Below, piece after piece: positions 27,125 to 34,055 of a DNA stretch of 49,032 bases (within the stretch, counting starts at the first letter, position 1; each line of letters opens with the position of its first letter). The position numbers and the translations under genes were made by a program. The notes beneath the pieces were generated by a model. The model was not told where the DNA came from. It saw only the letters and a program-made list of their open reading frames with translations, and did not search any database. This stretch comes from Candidatus Micrarchaeota archaeon (GTDB lineage Archaea; Iainarchaeota; Iainarchaeia; Iainarchaeales; 1-14-0-10-31-34): NCBI GenBank assembly GCA_018829335.1, contig JAHJUD010000046.1, positions 1 through 49,032 of the forward strand, in the 5' to 3' direction.

Positions 27125-28377
27125 TCAGTCACCCCAAGATTTCTGCCTGCAACAACTGCTTTTACTCTTTCTCTTACAGTTTCTTTTATTTCCTTGCATT
27201 GATCTGTGTTGCTGAATTTGTCTAAAGTGCATAAAGCTGTTGCAGTAACCTGACATCTCAATGCTTTAGGGTTTTCAGTACAGTAATCAATTTTTATTCC
27301 GCCACATAACTCTGATTTCTGGTTGTATTCACAAAACTGTTTTATTATTGGAGCACAAGATTCTGCTGTTGGGTTTTCTTTGCATTTTTCAATTGCAGCT
27401 CTAGTACAGCTTAAATCTTTTGGATGATTCTTGCAGTACTCTGAAAAAACATTTCTGCATCTCTCGTTTTTTGGGTTTTCTTTGCAGAAGTCAACCACTT
27501 CATTAGAACAGATTTCTGCTTCAGAATTTTCTTCACAGTAATCTTTTAGTTCTTCTCTGCATCTTGAATCCTTTAAATTTGAAGCACAGTAATTTCTTAC
27601 AATTTCCTTGCATCTTGAATCAGTTGAATGGTCTTCACAGTATCTTTCAACTTTTAATCTGCATTCTTTTGGGTTGTCTTTGCATAAATATCCTGCTACA
27701 GACTTGCATGTTTCATCAAAAGGATGATCTTTGCAGTAATTTTTTGCTTTTTCTGCAATCTCTTTTGCATTAAATAATCTTTTGTGGGTAATCAAATAGA
27801 AATGATAGTCTTTTCCATCTAAAGTCATTTTTCCTGCCCAGACATCAACTCCAGGCTTTGCTATTTTAGTTACATCTAAAGTTCCAACTTCAGCTGATGA
27901 AATTTCTGAGGTTGTTGTTGGCTCATTAATTGAAAGAATTTTTGCGGTCGCATGGTCTCCGTTAACATCCAAGTCAACTAACCTGTATTTTGTTTTATCT
28001 AAATAAAGAATTCCTCTTCCAATAATGTCTGCTGTACTGGTAACAACTTTTCCTCCAACTACTTTAACAGTATAAAAATCCATTGCGTCTAAAGGATTAG
28101 GTGCAATTCCTGTACCGGAAAAAAACAGTGTTCTGATATAAGGCTTTATTTTGCCTGAACCTGAATCAGTTTCATCTTCTATTTCTTCTTCAGATAATTC
28201 TTGTTCATCTGATTCCTCTAATTGTGCATCTTCACCAATGTCTAAGTCGTTGTTTTCGGTGTTTATTTCATTTTTGTTATCGTCAGTTTCAACATTATCT
28301 CCTGATTCAGCTAAAGCAAAAGAAGAAAAAACTGAAACTAAAATTAAACTAATTAAAATTAAACTAACTTTATTCAT
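27121..28377 (-). CDS. Secreted protein with acidic linker, beta-rich domain and 11 tandem 17-aa two-Cys repeats
   Basis: Signal peptide ...SSFALA. It has a D/E-rich stretch at aa 25-72 and a repeat array at aa 215-395. Confidence 0.7.
   Translation of the reverse strand: MNKVSLILISLILVSVFSSFALAESGDNVETDDNKNEINTENNDLDIGEDAQLEESDEQELSEEEIEDETDSGSGKIKPYIRTLFFSGTGIAPNPLDAMDFYTVKVVGGKVVTSTADIIGRGILYLDKTKYRLVDLDVNGDHATAKILSINEPTTTSEISSAEVGTLDVTKIAKPGVDVWAGKMTLDGKDYHFYLITHKRLFNAKEIAEKAKNYCKDHPFDETCKSVAGYLCKDNPKECRLKVERYCEDHSTDSRCKEIVRNYCASNLKDSRCREELKDYCEENSEAEICSNEVVDFCKENPKNERCRNVFSEYCKNHPKDLSCTRAAIEKCKENPTAESCAPIIKQFCEYNQKSELCGGIKIDYCTENPKALRCQVTATALCTLDKFSNTDQCKEIKETVRERVKAVVAGRNLGVTE
27193..27735 (-). 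repeat. About 11 tandem 51-nt (17-aa) coding repeats, consensus C-x-E/D-N/H-P-x4-C-x6-Y/F
   Basis: The units read YCKDHPFDETCKSVAGYL / CKDNPKECRLKVERY / CEDHSTDSRCKEIVRNY / CASNLKDSRCREELKDY / CEENSEAEICSNEVVDF / CKENPKNERCRNVFSEY / CKNHPKDLSCTRAAIEK / CKENPTAESCAPIIKQF / CEYNQKSELCGGIKIDY / CTENPKALRCQVTATAL / CTLDKFSNTDQC. Confidence 0.75.
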
Positions 28378-28471
28378 TTATTCACCCCTCTTTTAAGAAC
28401 TCAAAATAAAATGAATCCACTAATACTAACTGAATTTCTTTTTTTAAGGCTTTTCGTTTTGTTAGCTGTTT

Positions 28472-28551
28472 TTTGAAAAAAGCAATGGTTTTCTTCAATC
28501 CTTGCTTAAATTTTCAAAAAAGCCAATTGTTTTCTTTAATCCCTGCTTGAA
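28472..28551. repeat. Tandem duplication of about 40 nt spanning the galE stop codon
   Basis: Copy 1 (28472-28510) and copy 2 (28511-28551) align at about 26 of 30 core positions plus one indel. Confidence 0.7.
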
Positions 28552-29424
28552 TTCTGTTTCAGGCTTCCAGCCAAGATTTTCCTGAATTTTTTTTGTGTCT
28601 GCAATCAGTTTTTTCGGGTCGCCTTTTCTTTCAGGCAAAAATTGTATTTCAGTTTTTTTTCCAGTTAACTCAAAAACTGCATTAATTGTTTCATTAACTG
28701 AATGCCCTGAACCAGAACCGACATTAAAAACCTCAAAACCAAACTCGTCAATTTTTTCTAATGCAAGAAAATGGGCTTTAATCAAGTCTTCAACAAAAAA
28801 GAAATCCCTTATCTGGTTTCCATCTCCAAAAACTGAAATTTTTTCTTTCCTTAAAACTGCTTTAATAAAATTAGGTATTGCATGAGTTTCAGGTTTATGG
28901 AGTTCGTTTGGCCCAAAAGGATTAAAATAACGCAAACAAATTGAATTCATTTTAAAAGAATGAAAATATAATTCCAAAATTTTTTCAAATGCTTTTTTTG
29001 TTTCACCGTAAGGAGAAACAGGATTTAATAAATGAGATTCAGTTATTGGAACTTTTTCTGGTTCACCGTAAACAGAACAACTAGAAGAAAAAACCATTTT
29101 GTTTATGCCTTTTTTTCTCATTTCTTCAAGCAATACAACAGAATTTATTACATTATTCTTGAAATACTTTTGCGGGTTTTCAACTGATTCTTCAACTAAA
29201 GCAAAAGCCCCAAAATGGATTACTGCTTCAACTCCTTTAAGGGCTTTATCCAAAACTTTTTTGTCGCCAAAACTTCCTTCAAAGAATTCAGCTTTTTGGT
29301 TTACTAATTCCTTAAAACCGCGTGAAAGGTCGTCAACTACATTAACCTCAAAGCCTTTTTCAAGAAAAAAGTTTACTGCATTGCTTCCAATAAAGCCTGC
29401 GCCACCTGTAACTAAAATCTTCAT
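28495..29424 (-). CDS. galE: UDP-glucose 4-epimerase / NAD-dependent sugar epimerase
   Basis: MKILVTGGAGFIGSN and SPYGETKKAFE (YxxxK). The track ORF extends to 29496, but the ATG at 29424 gives the canonical N-terminus. Confidence 0.85.
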   Translation of the reverse strand: MKILVTGGAGFIGSNAVNFFLEKGFEVNVVDDLSRGFKELVNQKAEFFEGSFGDKKVLDKALKGVEAVIHFGAFALVEESVENPQKYFKNNVINSVVLLEEMRKKGINKMVFSSSCSVYGEPEKVPITESHLLNPVSPYGETKKAFEKILELYFHSFKMNSICLRYFNPFGPNELHKPETHAIPNFIKAVLRKEKISVFGDGNQIRDFFFVEDLIKAHFLALEKIDEFGFEVFNVGSGSGHSVNETINAVFELTGKKTEIQFLPERKGDPKKLIADTKKIQENLGWKPETEFKQGLKKTIGFFENLSKD

Positions 29425-29470
29425 TTCAACCAACAAAAAAAGAAAAAAAAGGATTAAAAACAAACTGCAA

Positions 29471-29971
29471 TCAATGAAATTCAGTGTTATTATCAAACTT
29501 GCGCATATAACGTGAGTCTTTTGGAATTTTCAGTGATTCTTCAATACGGTCTATTTCCATTAAATAATTCGCTTTAGTGTATTCATTCATTGTTTTTCTT
29601 TTTTCAAAAACTCTAATTAATTTTTCCCTGTCACTTATCATGGACTCAATCGATTTTATCAAACCAATTTTCTTAATTCTTTTCCTTTTTTTTCTTTGCC
29701 TAACATTTCCTTCAACAAAAAGTTCTTTTGAATTGCCTATGCTTGAGTTGCCTTTATAAAGTTCATATCTTAGTTCAGAACGCAATTTTCTTTTCTCAAT
29801 CCTGATTTTGATTCCGTCAAAAACCAGAAAAACGTTTCCGGCAAAATGCCATACGCCATGAGGCTTACACATGTCACGGAATTTTTTTTGTTTTTCTGCA
29901 ACAGGCTTACGCAATAAACGCTTAGACGTTTTAAGCCTTAAATGCATTCTTGAAACAAGTATTTTACTCAT
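29471..29971 (-). CDS. Hypothetical highly basic protein
   Basis: 166-aa ORF with no recognised motif. Confidence 0.45.
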   Translation of the reverse strand: MSKILVSRMHLRLKTSKRLLRKPVAEKQKKFRDMCKPHGVWHFAGNVFLVFDGIKIRIEKRKLRSELRYELYKGNSSIGNSKELFVEGNVRQRKKRKRIKKIGLIKSIESMISDREKLIRVFEKRKTMNEYTKANYLMEIDRIEESLKIPKDSRYMRKFDNNTEFH

Positions 29972-30044
29972 TAAATAATTTAATTACATTAAACTTATTT
30001 AACCCTTCCAAAGCTTTAAAAACTCTTATACATAAAAGTTTTTT

Positions 30045-30269
30045 ATGGGTTTATTCAAAGAAAGGGTTTTTCCTTTGATTTCCGGCATCGCAGTTATTGC
30101 AATCATTGGATTGTTTTTTGGCTATGCTTTGCCTTTGCTTGCATCAAATTCAGGGAAAACAGAAACAGGTTTTGCTTTATTGCCTTCTTTTAGTTCTTTT
30201 ATTGGTTTTACTGTATTGGTTTTAATTTTAGGTTTTGGCTTTTACTTGAATGCAAGAAAAAAAGAATAA
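30045..30269 (+). CDS. Small two-TM membrane protein
   Basis: 74 aa with two hydrophobic helices. Confidence 0.5.
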   Translation: MGLFKERVFPLISGIAVIAIIGLFFGYALPLLASNSGKTETGFALLPSFSSFIGFTVLVLILGFGFYLNARKKE

Positions 30270-30289
30270 AAGCAGTAAAACAAAAATTA

Positions 30290-30819
30290 TTATTTTTTTT
30301 CTCCTACAAAGATGGAAACAAATCTTCCTTCTGAAATAACTTTCAACACTTCTTCCGAAGAAAATACTCTTCCATTCATGCAAACATAAATTCCTGGTTT
30401 AAGATCCTGAACTTTTGCAATGGCATAACCTAACTAAAAGAAGCATCTGAGGGTGCAAAGCCCGTAAGCGGAAGCATTGAAGCAGTAAACATTATGATTT
30501 GGTCATTTCTCTTTAGATTTTATTTAATATATCTCGCAGTATCAGACATAGTATAAGTTCCATGAGTAATAATAATTCTCTTGCTTTGGCTTTTTTCAAT
30601 AGTTTTTAAAGCTTTCTTTAAGTCATTTGGAGTAAGTTGTCTGCTGTCTTTCATACAAACTTGAGTGAATTTAGATTCTTCATACAATTTTAGGCTTTTA
30701 ATGTATTGTGGAATGACTGAATTCTTTAATAAAGCAGTAGTATCAACTGTCGGATCATAAAATGAATCAATTGTACCTCCCATTAAAATAAAGTGAATGA
30801 ATTTAGTTTTTGAACTCAT
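30290..30819 (-). pseudogene. Decayed short L-asparaginase-like gene (one in-frame TAA plus one frameshift)
   Basis: aa 1-99 read ...ILMGGTIDS...IIITHGTYTMSDTARYIK, then TAA (30520-30522). The same frame continues NLKRNDQIIMFTASMLPLTGFAPSDASFS and stops. A shifted frame then gives LGYAIAKVQDLKPGIYVCMNGRVFSSEEVLKVISEGRFVSIFVGEKK. This order matches asparaginase N-domain motifs (GGTI, HGTDT, TGsxxP..SD). Confidence 0.7.
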
Positions 30820-30841
30820 AAAAAAACCTAGAAAAAAGAAA

Positions 30842-31555
30842 TCACAGTTTTATTCCTTCCCATGGAACTTCTTCTTTGCTTCTTACTATAATGCCGTTTT
30901 CTCCTATTTCAAACGGATGAGGAGACATTGACTGGTTTGTTCCCCTCATTTTTCTTACAAAAATTGTTCTATGAGGAGGATGCAAATACAATATCATTAC
31001 TCCGTCTACAACAAATTCTTCTACGCCAAAAGCACTTATCTGGTTTTTGTCTCCTTTTGTTTCTGAAGTCAAAAGAGTAGTGCAGTCTAATTTTTTTAAT
31101 CCGTCAGTAAACTGGAATAAAGTTTTTCTCATTGCAGCTGAACCTCGAATCCACATTGCAAGAGAAGTAGTTGAATCAACAACCAATCTTGTTGCACCAA
31201 CTTTTTCTATGTATTCTGAAATAACATTTAATTCTTCTAATACTTCTTCTTCAATGTTTTCTGAATCTTTTTCAGCTAAATTTAATTTGTAAATCTTGAA
31301 TAATTCTTTTTCCTGAAGTTTTTTTATGTCCCAGCGGAAGTTTTCCATATCCCAAGTAATGTTTTTCAGGTTTGTTTCTAAAGTAACATATAAGCCTGGC
31401 TCATCGTATTTTGTTGCTCCATTGTATAAAAATTGTGTTGCAAAAATTGTTTTTCCTGTTCCTGCGCCTCCTGAAACAAGAATTGAAGCGCCTTTTGGAA
31501 CGCCTCCTTGAATTAATTCATCTAATCCTTCAATACCTGTCGGAACCCTTTTCAT
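30842..31555 (-). CDS. KaiC/RadA-like RecA-superfamily ATPase
   Basis: 237 aa with GIEGLDELIQGGVPKGASILVSGGAGTGKT (Walker A) and RLVVDS (Walker B). Confidence 0.8.
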   Translation of the reverse strand: MKRVPTGIEGLDELIQGGVPKGASILVSGGAGTGKTIFATQFLYNGATKYDEPGLYVTLETNLKNITWDMENFRWDIKKLQEKELFKIYKLNLAEKDSENIEEEVLEELNVISEYIEKVGATRLVVDSTTSLAMWIRGSAAMRKTLFQFTDGLKKLDCTTLLTSETKGDKNQISAFGVEEFVVDGVMILYLHPPHRTIFVRKMRGTNQSMSPHPFEIGENGIIVRSKEEVPWEGIKL

Positions 31556-31656
31556 TACATCACCTGAAAAAAAATCTTCTTTGTATTAAATAAGCTTTAA
31601 CTATTAATAAACTTTTGCTGTTTTCTGAAAAAAACCATTAAATTAAAGTATAAGTA

Positions 31657-32346
31657 ATGCATATTTTTATAATGCAGAATTCGGTTGTATTAGGAGACAC
31701 TAATTTAGTTTCATTAATTGACATACCTGAATGGAAAAGCATTTTGCTTGACTTGGTTAGCTCTGAAAAAATGGATCCATGGAATATTGACATTATTTTA
31801 CTTTCAGAAAAATACTTGCAAAAAATTAATTCAATGGAAAAAATGGATTTAAGGGTTCCGGCAAATGCAATTCTTGCTTCTTCAATTCTTTTAAGGGCAA
31901 AGGCAAAGCTTTTGAAGATTCCTTCAATTGAAGAAGAAACAGAAAAAAATGGCGTGGATAAAATAATTGAAGAATTTATTCCGGAATTAAAGGATATGAG
32001 AACTTTAAGGGAAGGAAAAATTTCTTTGGATGAATTAGTTGACGCAATTGAAAGCATTGTTGAACAGACTAAAACAAAAAAAATGAAGTTAAGGGAAATG
32101 CCTGAACTCAAATTCCATGTTCCTGTAGCAGGAGAAAACATTACAGAAAAAATGAAGAAAGTTTATGCAAGAATAAAAGAACTGGCTGACTCTCAAGGAT
32201 TAGTGTTATTTTCAAATCTTACAGAAAATTTAAATGACCACTTGATTGAAACATTTATTCCATTGCTTTTTTTAAACGACGAAGACAAAATCAATTTATG
32301 GCAGGAAGAATGGTTTGGCGAAATATTCATTAGCTTAGTAAAATAG
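31657..32346 (+). CDS. scpA: Segregation and condensation protein A (kleisin), with 3' end remodelled by an insertion
   Basis: Contains DPWNIDIILLSEKYLQKI...PANAILASSILLRAKAKLL. Its last 47 nt are repeated at 34999-35043. Confidence 0.75.
   Translation: MHIFIMQNSVVLGDTNLVSLIDIPEWKSILLDLVSSEKMDPWNIDIILLSEKYLQKINSMEKMDLRVPANAILASSILLRAKAKLLKIPSIEEETEKNGVDKIIEEFIPELKDMRTLREGKISLDELVDAIESIVEQTKTKKMKLREMPELKFHVPVAGENITEKMKKVYARIKELADSQGLVLFSNLTENLNDHLIETFIPLLFLNDEDKINLWQEEWFGEIFISLVK
32292..32337 (+). repeat. att-like repeat copy A (scpA 3' end; core AAATATTCATTAGCTTA at 32321-32337)
   Basis: CAATTTATGGCAGGAAGAATGGTTTGGCGAAATATTCATTAGCTTA matches 34999-35043 with 3 mismatches. Similarity ends right after the core. 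Confidence 0.75.
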
Positions 32347-32469
32347 TATATTTTAAACTCTTGCTGTCACACCATAATAAATAGGCGATGAAAAAAACAT
32401 CTCCGTATAGTTTCAAGTAACAGAAAGGTATTTAAGCGAAAAATATCATTATATTCAAGGTAGAGTTTT

Positions 32470-32679
32470 ATGTCAAATGAAAAAGAGACCGAGCTGTTGA
32501 GGAGTAAATTCTTAAAGACTTTAGCCAAAGTATCTGATAGCCTACGAGACGAAATCATTGCAGTTATAGACGACGAGCCATTTGACTGGTCAACGACCAA
32601 TGTTGAAGTAAGAGGTAAGACAAAGAAAGGTGACCAGATACTTAGGCTGATGGACCAGATTGGATTGCTGGGTGATTGA
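32470..32679 (+). CDS. 69-aa hypothetical protein P1 (first gene of the protease operon)
   Basis: ATG ORF whose TGA stop (32677-32679) lies 1 nt before the probable P2 start. No recognised family. Confidence 0.6.
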   Translation: MSNEKETELLRSKFLKTLAKVSDSLRDEIIAVIDDEPFDWSTTNVEVRGKTKKGDQILRLMDQIGLLGD

Positions 32680-32680
32680 A

Positions 32681-32890
32681 GTGGATGAAAAATATTTGAA
32701 GAAGCTTGTGGTTATGAGATTAAATGCTGTTCCTCAGGATGTGAGTTTTTCTATTGGCAAATATGGGGATTATACCAGAAACCAGCTTATTGAAGAGGTT
32801 GAAAAAGGCACTGAAGTAGGAAAGGCCGCTACGGAAATGGAACTCAGTTTTTTAAGGAAACTACCAAAGTTTGCAAAGATGATTGAATGA
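32681..32890 (+). CDS. 69-aa hypothetical protein P2 (weak paralogue of P1)
   Basis: GTG at 32681 is preceded by GGTGAT, which matches the archaeal anti-SD. The track gives a TTG at 32660 in the same frame. The stop overlaps the P3 ATG (ATGA). Confidence 0.55.
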   Translation: MDEKYLKKLVVMRLNAVPQDVSFSIGKYGDYTRNQLIEEVEKGTEVGKAATEMELSFLRKLPKFAKMIE

Positions 32891-33528
32891 CAAGACTATT
32901 TATTACGAGGCCGCAACACGACAAGGGAACATATTACCTCTATATTTGGAGCAAGAAAATAATAGACTCTGCTGAAGACCACGGTTGGATAGTTAACAAA
33001 TCAGACGGGCCAAAAGCAACAAGAGCAGAAGTGCAAAGCAGGCTTGAAAAGAATTCAGCCGATTTTGTGTTCTTTAACGGTCATGGAAACGAAAGCGAAA
33101 TGAGCGGACACAATCTTGAAACCATTTTGGATGAATCGTCAAGCCATTTGCTTAAAAATACAATAACCTTTACCAGGGCCTGTAACTGCGTCGTCAAACT
33201 GGGGAAATCAGCTGTTGACAAAGGATGTAAGTCTTTTATTGGTTACGCAGGCAAGTTTTGGATTCCAAGAATACACAAATTTGAATTAACTCCATTGAAA
33301 GATATGGCGGCCAAGCCAGTTCTTGAGGTATCAAACCAAATCCCTTTATCAATAATAAAAAATTGCACGGCCTCTGAAGCTGTTGATTCAGCGAGGGCAC
33401 TGACAATCAAATACATTTCAAAGCTTATCTTATCTAGAGAACCATATAACAGGGCAGCACTAAAGGCTCTAAGCCAAAACGATGACTCTTTGGCCTACAA
33501 AGGAAACGGCGATGCAAAAATAGGATAA
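32887..33528 (+). CDS. Minimal caspase/gingipain/CHAT-like (clan CD) cysteine peptidase
   Basis: 213 aa with ADFVFFNGH66GNE, TITFTRAC99NC and KGCKSFIGYAG. The alternating beta/alpha order is that of the caspase-hemoglobinase fold. This is motif-level recognition only. Confidence 0.6.
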   Translation: MTRLFITRPQHDKGTYYLYIWSKKIIDSAEDHGWIVNKSDGPKATRAEVQSRLEKNSADFVFFNGHGNESEMSGHNLETILDESSSHLLKNTITFTRACNCVVKLGKSAVDKGCKSFIGYAGKFWIPRIHKFELTPLKDMAAKPVLEVSNQIPLSIIKNCTASEAVDSARALTIKYISKLILSREPYNRAALKALSQNDDSLAYKGNGDAKIG

Positions 33529-33602
33529 TTACATAGAGCCTACTGTATGACAACAAAAGTAGAAGAGCTGATAAGATGACAGCTAATACACAATTCTAAA
33601 AA

Positions 33603-33642
33603 AAATATTCATCAGCTTAAGAGAAACAGAATACGCCAAACA
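33603..33642 (+). repeat. att-like repeat copy B (core AAATATTCATCAGCTTA at 33603-33619 plus right flank)
   Basis: AAATATTCATCAGCTTAAGAGAAACAGAA..TACGCCAAACA aligns with 35027-35072. It has no similarity to copies A or C to the left of the core. Confidence 0.65.
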
Positions 33643-33676
33643 AAAGATTTATATTTAAGGAAAACGTATTAAATTT

Positions 33677-33898
33677 ATGAAAAAAGAAAACCAAATTGGG
33701 GTTATTTTTGTAATACTTGCGCCGGTTTTATTTCTTATTTTAGCAGTTTTATGCCCAATGTTTAGTTCCCCAAAATTCATTGAAAGCTTAGCCCAAGGAT
33801 CATCATTTAATCTCGGTTGCATGGGAATTCCTTTAATTGTTCCAATAGTTTCTATTTTGATTGCAGTTTATTTTTTCTGGAAAGCAAAAAAAGCATAA
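33677..33898 (+). CDS. 73-aa two-TM membrane protein
   Basis: Two hydrophobic helices. First gene of cassette 2. Confidence 0.5.
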   Translation: MKKENQIGVIFVILAPVLFLILAVLCPMFSSPKFIESLAQGSSFNLGCMGIPLIVPIVSILIAVYFFWKAKKA

Positions 33899-33915
33899 AG
33901 AAGAAACCAAAATTT

Positions 33916-34022
33916 TTTATTGCCCAAACACCTTCAAAAAAGCAATAATTTTACTGCCCAAAAACATTAATATTTTTCTTTTTTAGAGGCAAATTTAAGC
34001 TAATTTTTACTGCCCAAACACA
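33916..34022 (+). promoter_or_regulatory. Three direct repeats TTTAYTGCCCAAA(A)ACA upstream of the fic gene
   Basis: Copies lie at 33916-33930, 33949-33966 and 34004-34022. The last ends 34 nt before ATG 34056. The GC-rich core TGCCCAAA stands out in AT-rich spacer. Confidence 0.5.
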
Positions 34023-34055
34023 ACTTATTTAAACTGTTTTATTCAAGCTTTGTTT

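Noticed and set aside
31638-32141. 167-aa minus-strand ORF overlapping scpA
   Set aside because: It is antisense to a good ScpA match and has no motif or SD.
32367-32600. 77-aa minus-strand ORF at the start of cassette 1
   Set aside because: It overlaps P1 on the opposite strand. The plus-strand trio has coupled stops and starts and an SD, which explains the region better.
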